Of a stretch of DNA of 35,009 bases, positions 23,701 through 34,426 are shown one piece after another. The DNA lies in the NCBI GenBank assembly GCA_900128565.1, contig LT635947.1, forward strand, positions 1 through 35,009. Direction: 5' to 3'. The stretch's first letter is position 1; every line of letters begins with the position of its first letter. A program made the position numbers and the translations under genes. Source of the stretch: Stramenopiles sp. TOSAG23-6. Its lineage: Eukaryota. Below the pieces are notes generated by a model, which saw only the letters and a list, made by a program, of their open reading frames with translations, ran no database searches and was not told where the DNA came from.

Positions 23701-26700
23701 GCTTTACCTTGTTGATCGATACCACCTCCAATATAACCTGCTAAACAGGAGCAATGAGATTTATTTTTCGCTAGAGTATACCCGTCGCTTGTTTGAGAAC
23801 ACACGCCGCCAATTCCACACGGTTCATCGGCACATTCATTCACATCAACACATATTTTCTGTACATATCTGAATCTCGTATCAAGTTTAGTGATACAAGC
23901 ATCTGATGAAGTATAAGCACAATCTTCCTTGAGTTCAAAACCAGGTTGACAATCTCTACATTGAAGAAGTGTAGCGCTACTATCACACGTATTGTGAAAA
24001 ATATTTAAAAAAAAAATCGTTAAGATACAATATTTCGATCGGAAAATAAATAAATCTGAAATTCATGATGAAAACGTACACGTCCCCGCGGAATTACATG
24101 CTTCGCCCCCCGAAGCGTCGCATTTACTCATAGTGCCACATACACATCCATCACCCCCGTCCTCACTTAAAGAACAATACTCAGAACCCCAGTATCCAAG
24201 TTTCATGTCTGTCCGAAATTCACACATATCCTTTTTTCTACACTCAGTTTCAGGGCCTGTTTTGTTTGACCAAAACCCAGTAACCGAGTCCACAAATCCA
24301 TAGTTTGCAATACACTCGGCACAAGAGTATTCAGATACAGCTGTCCTGTCGCCATTGAGATTTTTACATGAGTCTATTTCGGATTCCACTGCTTTGCATC
24401 CTTCTAATTGTCTATATGTGTCATGTTCCAGGGGGTCTAATAACTCTTGAATGTCAAGACATGAGGTTCCGACAAAACCATTCAAACAAGTTTTACAATT
24501 TGTAACCGGGTCAAAACCCTTATCACATCTACACTTTGCGTGTACATTGCGCTTGCGATAAATACTAAATCCATCCTCAGGTAATTTGTCAATGAGTTGA
24601 TCACATGTTGTGTTACATGAACAATGAGTTTCACTACTAGAGTAGTTCATATAAAAGAAGTCATCACACAACTCGATACACTCGTTCAATGTTTTTGAAT
24701 TATGATTCTCTTCATTATCAGCAACACACGAATAATCTTCCTTCCAAAATTCAAATGTACTGTCTGATGGCACAGGATTCCCACATGTACCGTGAGAAGA
24801 ACAATCATAATCACTTTCACATAAATCTCCATCTAAGGTTTCACAAAAAACACCAGAATATCCTTTAGGGCACACGCATTGTAACTGTGTTCTTGTATAT
24901 GTATCTGCATTATGATTACTCGACTCTGTAAATGAATCTGGAAGATATCCCTTCTCTCTCAAAGAACAGCGTACTGGCATTTCATAAACGACAAAAGTCG
25001 AAACATCAGCAGCACCTTGATCATTTGATGAGAGCCTAGCGCCACAATATAATGAATCTATAAATGAATTAGTATCAGTAGTCCATTTTCGAGTCGTCCA
25101 GTTGCTTCCATTAGCTGTACATTGTGATTCCTCTGTATACGAGGCATTGTCACACGAATCAACGCACTCTACCTCTGTATTAACATCATTAGGTGTACAA
25201 TATCCATATGTAGTCCAGAATCGAGTTGTCCATATTCCTCCACCCTCTTTACATTCTTTAGAATCTGTATACGAGTCATTGTCACACGAATTAACACAAG
25301 CTACCTCGCTATTTACATCATTAGGTGTACAATAGCCATTTTCTGTAGCTGTATATTTGCATGGTATAAGTTCACCTGTGCATTCATCTATTTTAGGTGT
25401 ATCATCAAGTGGGAATACAACTATAGACTGGTCATCACAACTTTCATCATTGCACCGAAAGCCTACATAGGAATAATTAATTGCTTTCTCTCTTATGATA
25501 CGTTTAAGTGAATACGTGTTCGACACTGTGAAGTAATTACCGCTTTGCTTCATGCAACCTAAATATGTCATAGTTCCGACCCATTTAGAAAGGTTGTCAC
25601 GCTGATTCCATCCTGATTTCTCCATAAAAACAGTATCGCATTTTGACTTTATTGAGTTTGGTTTTGAAATGTCAAGGCACATGCTCATACAATCTGACCT
25701 GCTCATTAAAGACGTATCATACTTTCCTAAATCATCTACTTCATGAAAGCCAGCATGCAACCCACCATCAACAAGTGGAGAACGATATAAATTTGAAACA
25801 TCGGTCTGGATATTGAACTTCAGTGCAGATGACCCAGGAAAACGTTTTGTGTAAGTAGTAAAAGGAGGGTATTTCTTAGAAAGCAATTTTACTTTGTATA
25901 CAGACCATAATCGCGGACGAGAATTCGTTGCATTAGAATTACCCCATTGCTTCTTCGTAACTGACTCCAAGAGAGGTGGCATATCTGTTGGATACTTATT
26001 ACACTGGGTATACGATATATCAGTAGTGATATTTTTTCCAAAAATAACCTTTGAATTTTGGCTAAAGCAGTCGTCGGCGGTTTCACATGAAAATGCAATG
26101 TATTCTATTTTTTTTGTTATAGCGTGTTGAATTGATGATGCAAAAATTCGAGACACATGTGGGGTTATGGTTATGCAGTAGCGCCAGCCGCCTTTGCCAA
26201 CATTATTCACGTTGCCCTCGTTCCATATGGGTACGCCCGCCGTTCCAGCTTTGGTCGAGGAGCAGCCGTGCAACCAAAAATCAGCATGCACCCCTGTCAC
26301 GGCGTTATCGCCATTGCCCACATTGTAACTGAGGGTCGGGAATTCTGCGGCGCACTCAGCCTTGGTCAGTGCACGAGTTCCACTTGGGCACGCCGCCCCT
26401 TTCGTCTCGTGTTCCGTTACTGCCCCTTCCGTCTCTTGTTCCGTTACTGCAACGGCATCAGGGAGTCCGCCAAATGCAGAAGCCGTAGTATAACCATCTT
26501 GCTTTATTACACGTGAACCAAATTTTGGCCAACATTCGCATATTTTATTTGCATTATGAAATGTAAAATAGAAACCAGCTTCCCCCAAATTGACACATTC
26601 CCTTCGACAAGAAGCGGCATCAGCTACTACTGTTTCAACTCTTGTTTCCAAAACAAATGGAATGCTCGGAATATCACTGTCTTCATTGTACACTCGAGTT

Positions 26701-29700
26701 GCTTCTCGACTGTGATTATAAACATAATTATCATTTGGAGGGCGTTGAAGTTCGTAGATCCGAAATAGGTCGTTTGTAGCTTCACTTATAATACACTCGG
26801 AAGTCCAAATACAATTATTTGAACCATCGGTATCATAAAAATATGAAATAAAATTGCATGATAATTCACTCACACATATATCCTTACAATTTTCCAAACT
26901 TGAAGCATTTGTCTGACCATTTGAAATACTATTTGAATCATCATATGCGCATACCCCAACACACGAATTTGGCTTGCAAAGCATTTTCCACTCATTTTGG
27001 ATCAGTGGGGCTTCTTGTATTCCATTAATATGAGACGCATCAACCAGTGGGTAGTATTTTATGTATTCCTTGTTCTCTTCACACGTGGTGTCGTCCCAAT
27101 TTTTGAATAGACATTTACANTGACCATTTTTCATTTTAGATGGTGGCTTACGACCTGGAGTTGTGTCTCTGTTGATTATTACACCATCATCAGTTGACAT
27201 AGAAGATCGAATAAAGCGAATATCACTCATACTAGTTATCGAGAAATAAGTCCATTCCGCTTTTATATAATCATCGCAAAAATTCTTATTATCAGAATTA
27301 TAAGATTCTGTTTCGGATTTCCACAAAAAAATTTCTGCCCCGAACTTAACCTCAATTTTATTTTTCAAATCAGACATGCTCATTCCTTGAAGTATCTTAA
27401 CACCAGTACCTTCATTCCAGTATGATGGTCTGATTTCACCGAGTTCACCGGTGTTTGACGTAGCACACTTCATTTTCCAATAAACAGGTTCCAAATCATT
27501 GACAGTCACGTCACCGCCATCCCAAAACACTTCGAATCCCACAGCCTTTCGCTGATTATCCCAAGATTTAAAATCTGTTGGTGTTCGCCCAAGTATATTA
27601 CTAGTAGTTTGAATTTCACTAGTACATGAATTGTGAAAAAATATTTTACATTTGAAATTCGTTAGGTACAAAATTTTCTATGAAAAAACAAATCGAAATT
27701 CAATTTTGAAAACGTACACGATTTGTGACACCATTCAATAGCAGATGCTTCTTTTTCTACTAAAGGCCCAAATTGATTTCCGTCAGGTAGTATGCTCCCG
27801 CTTCCATCGAAAGTTTTAATGAAATCATTTTCATTTGAACTTGTCGAATCTGCACAAGAACCTAAAATACCAGCTGAGTAAGGCAAAGTTGTTACATCAC
27901 CATGAAGACAACCTTGGAATTTGACACTATTAACCAATTCGACGAATATATTAGTATCTTCATCATTGTTAGCAGAAGACATTTTGAACTTTCCTCCAAC
28001 GTGAACTTCAAAGGAAAAACTACCAACACCATTGCTCCATGCTGGTTGTCCGTCAAACACAGGAACTTCTTGATCTCCGTTTGTTGTAACACAGTTTGTA
28101 CAGGGGGGATTTGTCCAAAACCCCCTTCGTCGCGACCACGATCCCTCACAAGGATCAGGAGATATATGCCAATACCCTGAAGTTTTGTTTACTGGTTCGT
28201 AGTACAAAAATATGTATTGTGCTACATTTTGAAATTCAGGAGTATCGACCCATTGATTATATGTTGATTCAGGAATGCAGTTTCTTGATTTATCGAGATT
28301 ACACGTCCATTTAATTTTATGTTTGTATTGTGAAATACCATTGCAGAGTGGTACATATTCAGTAGAGTAACTCCCATTCAAAAAACCCCAAAGACTGGAA
28401 GTTGTTCCATAAACAAAAAGTTCAGTGTTAAAATCTGTTTCGTCCTCAATACAAGACCCACCGTTTTGACAAGGACTGCTATCACAAATTGAACTGAATG
28501 ATTGACACGACGTAGACGCTATTTCACTGGTATATTTCCCAGGAGAACAATGGAAACAGTCTGTTTGACCTGGATCAGGCTGATACATATGAATAGGACA
28601 ATGATGACAATCTTCTATGCTATTCTTCTTTACATAATCAGCATTTGTTGGAAAATAACGCCCCGAAGGACATTTGATACAAAAATTTTCTTCAAAAAGA
28701 TAGTGCCCAGGATAACACGTCGCACACTGTCTGGGACCACGTCTGTCTTCAATTGACTTGGGTTCACCAAATTCACAATCCGCTGGCCAGTTCCGACATT
28801 CTAATTTACCTTCTTGTTCTATTGTGAAAAACCTACCCTCAGATGGATAAACAGAAAAAAATTCACATTTTCCAGAATCCACCAAATTGCATTTGGCTTC
28901 TTGTGTACGCTCTGATACCCCATTACAACGACCTTCAGATTCATTCGTTGTGGAAAATATTTTAAAGTTTAAATTCGTTAGGTAAAAAACTTGATACAAA
29001 AAAAATGAAATTTAAATTACCGATGAAAATGTACGGTTGTAATGCTTTGAGTAATGGATGAAAGATCAGGGTAATCTTCTGAAGTGTCCACTGCTTTGCG
29101 AAGCCGATTTTTAATTGCATCATCTGGTTGATACATGCAAAAACCCTTCACTAGTTTTTGCATATATTCCCAATCTGAACATTTTGTACAAACACCCTCA
29201 TTTATGTGACCATAGGGACCGGGAGACTGAATCAGAAGATTTCTATTAGAATTTTTTTCACCTTCATCTTCATTGCAAGGCAATAATGACTGACACTTTT
29301 TACCTCGAGTCATATCATTGCCAACCCTTTTATAAGAACCCCTAGGACATGGGACACAATAATTTTGCGTTGCCCCTTTACCGGTTCCATGATTACAAGG
29401 TTTACAAGTTGATAGATCGACGTATTCTTCACCACAAATTTCTTTATAAATATCAAGGCTGTTATAACCATCTTCAGCACAAAATGTACATACATCATTT
29501 TCACGTCTTCCTCCATCAAAGACATCTGTTTTTTCCCCGCAATCAGTATCACATAATTTGCACTCATTTATGCTATTTGTGCGCTTGTCGTTATATTTAC
29601 CATTTGAACATTCTGAACATATAGGTGGGTCTGTACTTCCTTCGACGGAGCATGCATCCCCTGGCCATTCAAATCCTCGGGGACACACCTCATTACAATC

Positions 29701-32700
29701 GATACACGCCGTTGCAGTACTTGAGGTACTGCTATACCGGCCGATAGGGCAGATTTTACATATTGGTGCATTCTTCGTCGGAGAGTCTTGTGGTATGACT
29801 TTATATCCTGGACCACAAACAGCCTCTAGACAGCCTATTGAAGTATCCGTGGCGTCGTTGTACGTATCCTCAGGACATTCAATACAATGAGGTGACTCCT
29901 CCTCCTCCTCCTCCTCCTCCTCCTCCTCCTCCTCAGTTGAGTAATGAAATGTCATTTGATTTGTACCAGGACTTCCATCTTGATTATCCTTACAATGATC
30001 TGTGCTCGGTAAATGTGTACCTGGTGGACACTCACAAGACAAGCAAGATGTGCCAGAGAACTTTTGAGTATTTTGATATTTACCATATGGACAAGTTTTA
30101 CAGGAAGGTATCTTTGTGGGATTGCAAATGCTTTCTCCTACAGTCCAAGATCGAGATGTCCATGTATCCCCATTAGAAGTACATTCTGATTGAACTGTAT
30201 ACGAGGCATTGTCACATGAATCAACGCACTCTACCTCTGTACTTACATCATTAGGCGTACAATGTCCATATGCAGTCCAGAATCGAGTTGTCCATGTATT
30301 CCCATTAGTTTCACATTGCGATTGATCTTCATAGTTGGCATTGTCACACGAATCAACACACTTTGCCTTTGTATTTTTAGTTACTTCATTAGGTGTACAA
30401 TATCCTTCTCTTGTAACAGAACTTTCAACATACTCCCCTTGTGCACACGCACAAGCATAACATTCATTTTTACTAAACAGATCATATTCTATTCGGGCTG
30501 TCTCCAAATACGTACCATGTGGACAATTATGACATACACCCTTTCGATCTTTATGATGTTTTGATGTTTCTGGTAGATATGTCCCCCTTTTGTCACATTC
30601 GTGCCATTTACAATCCTTTCCAGAACTCCATTGTCCATCAGGACATTCATTACATTGCAGTGCTCCCGTGCCATGCTCACATCCACTCGGAGAATAGCCC
30701 GGATTACATTTACACTCTGTGCACTCTAAACCTCTGTGATATTTTCCGCGTATCTTACTATTGCACAGTGGACTATAATTGTTTGCACTGCATCCAAGAC
30801 ATGATACACAACTAGTGTTTAACGAACTTGGAATCTCATTCTCTTTGGAATTTCTAAATACTGGATCATTGTTATATTTTCCATAATCACATTGTAAACA
30901 AACTGGACTTGCATCCGTATGACAACTATGACTAATATTCCCAGCACTATCCGACGTCGTTTCCCAATACTCCCCATCAGGACAACCGCGGGCGGGGAAT
31001 GCAGCAAAAAAATTAATTACAGCTTCTTCACTACACGCTATGCATGGGTCCGTAATAATTTGCGATCTCAGGTAAAATCCAGCTTCACAATCTTTACACA
31101 CAACACAAGAAGCGTCACTCACAGCACCTTTCCTATCGAAATTTGAATTATATTCACCTATGTCGCAAAAAACGGAACATTCTCTACACTCAGTTAATTG
31201 TTTATCACGGTATTCTCGATAATACCCAGCTTCACAGTCTTCACAACTCCAAATATCTTCATAGTATCCCTGTTTAATTCCATATCCTAATTTTGTACGT
31301 TTTTGAATTGCTTTTTTCCCAGCAGGACAATATATACATCCATTAAATACTGTTCCACCCACAAAATATGGGTGTACTTTTCCTTTAACACATGTTTTAC
31401 ACGCTGTATGACCATTGTCGGGATAACTGAAATTTCCGTAAAAACATTGCTTTTGTGTACTTTGTCCCAGATTATCTTGGTAAAACTGAACATCACAATT
31501 TTTGCACTTCGTTTCATTTTCATCATTCTGATACTGTCCTCTGTCACAATTTTTACACTGCGATTTATTTTCCTCATTCTGATACTTTCCACTGGGACAA
31601 TTTTTACACTTGTCTTGTCCTATCTCATTCTGATACTTTCCTGTGGGACAATTTTTACACTTGTCTTGTCCTATCTCATTCTGCCACTGTCCTTTACCAC
31701 AGGATTTACATTCAGTTGCACCTTCAAAATCAGAAAAATACCCCGGAAGACATTTGGTACATTTTTCCTCTTCTTTAGAAAACCATCTTTTTTTAGCTAT
31801 GTGTGTCCAAAGAAATTTTTTCTTTGAGAGATTATTAGCTTGGTCGACCAGAGTACAATCTTCTTCGTACGTTCTATCTGCTAAGGGCTTACATTTTTTA
31901 TAGTTCGATATTTCATAAGTTAAATTGTTTTCATTTCTGTAAAAACCTTTGGCACACTTTACACACAACAACCAACCTTTTTGTGAACAAAATTTTTTGT
32001 ACTCAAGAGGTGTGCCCCATTCTTCAAGATTATAGGATCCGGTAGCAAACACCGGAACGTACCCTGTGTTGGAACATTCTAAAACATTACCGTTGTTTTG
32101 TTTTAATTCATAAGATTCTTTTATTTGATAGTCAGCCAAATCATCTCTAGTCCTTATTATTTGAAAATTGTTGTTGTATTCAGAGTTTGAAAAATATCGA
32201 CTTTCACGTTTATGTTTTTTGGGAAAATATTTTCAAGAAAAATTTCATTAGATACGGAATTTCATACAAAATAAAAAAATTAAAATTCACAATGAAAATG
32301 TACGCCAAAACCAGGAATATAATACCTGTTATTTTTGTTAGTACTATCTTCGTTCCTACAAAACCCTTCATATATCCCATCCCCGTCCGTATGATAGTCC
32401 TTATGCTCGGGTTCCTCTAAAATATCATTTTCAAAACAAGGTTTTTGATTGTCAAAAGTAGGTTCATCAGATTCAGGTCGGCACCAAAGAACATTGAGAA
32501 AGACATTCCTATATGCTTGATGTGATGCCAAAAAAAAATTTAATTTTTTTTTTGTTAGGTACAATATTTCTTTGGAAAACAAATAAAATTGAAATTAAAA
32601 TGATAAAAACGTACATGTCGTGCTGCTTCTTCTGCTTCTGCTTCCTCTCTCGCCAACTCTGCCGTTTCTCTTCGATTCTCGGCTTCAAGAACTTCATCCG

Positions 32701-33129
32701 CTGCCTCATCAGCCTCTCGTAGACCCTCTGCCGCGATCTCTGCTGCGATCTCTGTTTTGACTGCGACCTCATATGCTACTTCTGCTGCTTTTTCAGACGT
32801 TTTTTCGGCAACACGGATGACCTCGTCNNNNNNNNNNNNNNNNNNNNNNNNNNNNNNNNNNNNNCCTTCTCTGCGGCTTCGGACACCGCGTTAACTACAT
32901 CTTTCACATATAGTCTTCTTCCTCGCCTCTTCAAAATTCGCCGCTTTTTGTCTGTTGGAAGTGGCTTTACTTTATTAGAAATGATAAAACTCCTCTTATA
33001 TCTGTCTTTTGTCGGCGAAAGTTTTTCGTCACCGTCGTTCGATTTTGTTTTTTCAATAGTAGAAGCTTTTAGATTCGTACAGGAAAGTAAAAGGGCGATG
33101 ATGCATAGCAAGCGGTGGAAGGATAACAT
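5735..33129 (-). CDS. Giant cysteine-rich multi-pass membrane protein, ~8,900 aa, 7 exons (33129-32615, 32519-32304, 32211-29035, 28942-27718, 27625-24080, 23986-10572, 10471-5735)
   Basis: N-terminal signal peptide, basic RRILKRRGRRL site and Ala/Glu-rich helix. These are followed by many C..C..G.Y (GCC2/GCC3, TNFR-like) and CP.G.YC repeats, EGF/cbEGF, PAN/apple-like, ALK/LTK-like Gly-rich and FN3-like modules. The C-terminus has ~9 hydrophobic segments and an Arg/Ser-rich tail. All six junctions are in frame after family introns are removed. The frame across the N gap in exon 1 cannot be verified. Confidence 0.8.
6000..6400 (-). repeat. Arg/Ser-rich coding repeats in the cytoplasmic tail
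   Basis: RRRK(S/H)RSS(S/T)N(K/N)A occurs three times and SK(P/S)TDQAGG.IS.RKS twice, with matching DNA. Confidence 0.75.
9463..9532 (-). repeat. 15-nt coding minisatellite (DDAGS/DDASN/DDANN)
   Basis: gcatcatcaYta units repeat every 15 nt. Confidence 0.8.
10472..10571 (-). other. Non-canonical GT-AT intron 5 (100 nt), family member
   Basis: GTATGTTTTA...TTGTACCTAAC...TTCCAAAATACAT joins GAPD|VCKAG, restoring a Cys repeat. The internal TAG ending at 10503 is out of frame. Nearly the same sequence as intron 2. Confidence 0.88.
23987..24079 (-). other. Non-canonical intron 6 (93 nt), GT-GT (or GT-AC if slid 2 nt), family member
   Basis: GTACGTTTTCATCATG...TTGTATCTTAAC...TTCACAATACGT, with an ACGTGT direct repeat across both junctions. 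Joins SAGT-C-DSSAT in frame. Confidence 0.8.
25082..25340 (-). repeat. Two tandem ~42-aa modules (GYCTPNDV...CVDSCDNASYT..S.C...G..WTTR.WT), also present twice at about 30140-30410
   Basis: 25141-25200 is almost identical at DNA level to about 30203-30262. Confidence 0.85.
27626..27717 (-). other. Non-canonical GT-AT intron 7 (92 nt), family member
   Basis: GTACGTTTTC...TTGTACCTAACGAATTTCAAA...TTCACAATTCAT joins CHKS-C-TSEI in frame. Confidence 0.82.
28943..29034 (-). other. Non-canonical GT-AT intron 8 (92 nt), family member
   Basis: GTACATTTTCATC...TTTACCTAACGAATTT...TTCCACAACGAAT gives the phase-0 join SITT|ESEG. The 3' end was chosen by analogy with other copies (+/-3 nt possible). Confidence 0.72.
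29896..29934 (-). repeat. (GAG)n microsatellite encoding poly-Glu
   Basis: About 13 CTC units on the plus strand. Confidence 0.95.
31495..31712 (-). repeat. 51-nt (17-aa) tandem coding repeats C(K)NC..G.YQNE..Q.K
   Basis: ggacaatttttacacttgtcttgtcctatctcattctg occurs twice exactly, with 2-3 diverged neighbouring units. Confidence 0.85.
32212..32303 (-). other. Non-canonical GT-AT intron 9 (92 nt), family member
   Basis: GTACATTTTCATT...CCGTATCTAAT...TTCCCAAAAAACAT gives the phase-0 join PGFG|KRESRY. The frame stays open down to the 1040-aa ORF. Confidence 0.78.
32520..32614 (-). other. Non-canonical GT-AT intron 10 (95 nt), family member
   Basis: GTACGTTTTTATC...TTGTACCTAAC...TTGGCATCACAT gives the phase-0 join EAARH|QAYRN. 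ACAT is repeated at both junctions. Confidence 0.78.
32828..32864. other. Assembly gap (37 N) inside exon 1 of the giant gene
   Basis: Run of N. The Ala/Glu-rich frames on either side are out of register, so the gap length is probably misestimated. Confidence 0.95.
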
Positions 33130-33487
33130 TGTAGTCTTATCGATATAGTATTGAAGAAAAGTATTCGTAAACAGCTTAATACTAATGACTTTATAGAATT
33201 AAATTGTCAACGGTCGTTTAGTAAGTAGATATATCAGAGCTTGGGTGTGTTCTCTCCAACAAAAAAAAACCGCCATTTTGATATCCCTCCTTACCTACGA
33301 AAATTCGTACCAATTCGTCTTTTTTTTTTTCGGTTTCGTTTTTGAATAAGATCCGGAGGTTTTTCTTCGTTTTTCTTTGCCGTTGATTTCAAAATTTGAA
33401 ATTAAATTGTTTTGACTCAAGATCGATACTAGTTTTTGTGAGTAAACTAAAGTAATATAGTAGTTTTTTTGTATTTTTTTTTATAAT

Positions 33488-34426
33488 TTATGAATAAAGT
33501 TGTCCCAACTTTCGACGGGAGGATTCAACGACAACTTGTTGCTTAATACTTCTACGATAATCATTAATGGTCGGAGTTAGAAAGATCTTTTTCTCTTCCA
33601 CCTTTTCTTTTTCATCGCAATACTGACTTCTAGTCATTTGGTAATTTAAGTGAGGCAAAATATTCTGGAATGCTCGCACAGAATCTAGTTCGAGAAAGCA
33701 TTGAGAACCCAGCGGCTCCAAAACGGTATATACAGTTGAATTAATATCATACATCTGACAAATACTTAAAATAGCGGCGGAAATGCCTGTGATAATGTTT
33801 GGAGGTTCGAGGATTTGAAAGTTTGAACAATCATGATGTGACGCGTCAGTCGTCTTTGTCGTACTGCACACTTCGTTCCTTAGAAGACGAAGTTCCCCTG
33901 GTTGACCAGAGCCTCTATAAAAAGATTCATTAAGCGATGTTAACACAATAACATCCTTTATATCTGCCATTACAGGTTGACGTAAAAGAGAAGAAGCCCA
34001 AAATAAAGAACATTCCTCAGGTATTTTATCACCAGAGTGGTTGACAGACAGAATGACGTCACCATATAAATACAAGTCCGTCTTTGTGTCAGGATTAGGA
34101 ATAGGTTTTGTAGTGTTCCGTTGTGTAGAGCCCACAGACTTTGTATCATATGTTTGAATAGATGTTCCTCCGCTTAGTTGATATTCAGCAAAAAAATGAT
34201 TTTTCTCAACCAAGCAATTTAGAAACGCTGAACCAGCAGCACCAACTCCAATGATTAGTGTATGAGGGCGAATATCCGTAGTTGTGTCACATGCACTATT
34301 GAAGATTACTTCAGGATCATCGAAACATGTCACTGTTGTATCCTCTTCACTAGCTCTAGAGGAACAATTACGCGACGCTGGAATATCAAAAGAAAGTTTA
34401 TGAAAACCTGGGTTGAAATATGCCAT
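33488..34426 (-). CDS. PSMG1: Proteasome assembly chaperone 1 (PSMG1/PAC1)-like protein, ~312 aa, intronless
   Basis: LEPPNIITGISAAILSICQMYDINSTVY resembles the recalled PSMG1 motif LEQPNIVHDLPAAVLSYCQ. It also has an N-terminal SRASEED and a C-terminal HbYX-type end (LYS). First ATG is at 34426. Confidence 0.7.
   Translation of the reverse strand: MAYFNPGFHKLSFDIPASRNCSSRASEEDTTVTCFDDPEVIFNSACDTTTDIRPHTLIIGVGAAGSAFLNCLVEKNHFFAEYQLSGGTSIQTYDTKSVGSTQRNTTKPIPNPDTKTDLYLYGDVILSVNHSGDKIPEECSLFWASSLLRQPVMADIKDVIVLTSLNESFYRGSGQPGELRLLRNEVCSTTKTTDASHHDCSNFQILEPPNIITGISAAILSICQMYDINSTVYTVLEPLGSQCFLELDSVRAFQNILPHLNYQMTRSQYCDEKEKVEEKKIFLTPTINDYRRSIKQQVVVESSRRKLGQLYS

Noticed and set aside
10515-23843. 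Treating the 4442-aa ORF and neighbouring large ORFs as separate genes
   Set aside because: They start at non-ATG or intron-internal codons, lack signal peptides and end in intron-derived tails such as FFHTKFCT or CTFSS.
31495-31712. Regularly spaced repeats as a CRISPR array
   Set aside because: They are in-frame 51-nt coding repeats without unique spacers, in a eukaryotic gene with no cas genes nearby.
6309-31903. Many short antisense or alternate-frame ORFs overlapping the giant gene
   Set aside because: These are shadow ORFs of repetitive Cys-rich coding sequence with no recognisable motifs.
2393-32614. Inserts as gene-inactivating MITEs (pseudogenes) or ciliate-type IESs
   Set aside because: All ten are sense-oriented with donor and branch motifs, the flanking exons are otherwise intact over kilobases, and the ends are not TA-bounded. 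Splicing is more parsimonious, though not proven without RNA.
2391-32616. Reading the introns as classical U12 AT-AC by sliding both boundaries 2 nt upstream
   Set aside because: This gives AT-AC only for introns 2, 5 and 10. The others become AT-AT, TT-AC, GT-AC, GT-TC, CC-GA or GC-AC, and the ATATCC donor is absent. The GTAY...NT register is consistent in all ten.
33290-33420. Intergenic AAATTCGTACC plus poly-T resembling part of the intron family
   Set aside because: It lacks the TAAC branch end, the GTAY donor context and the 3' consensus. The resemblance is compatible with AT-rich chance similarity.
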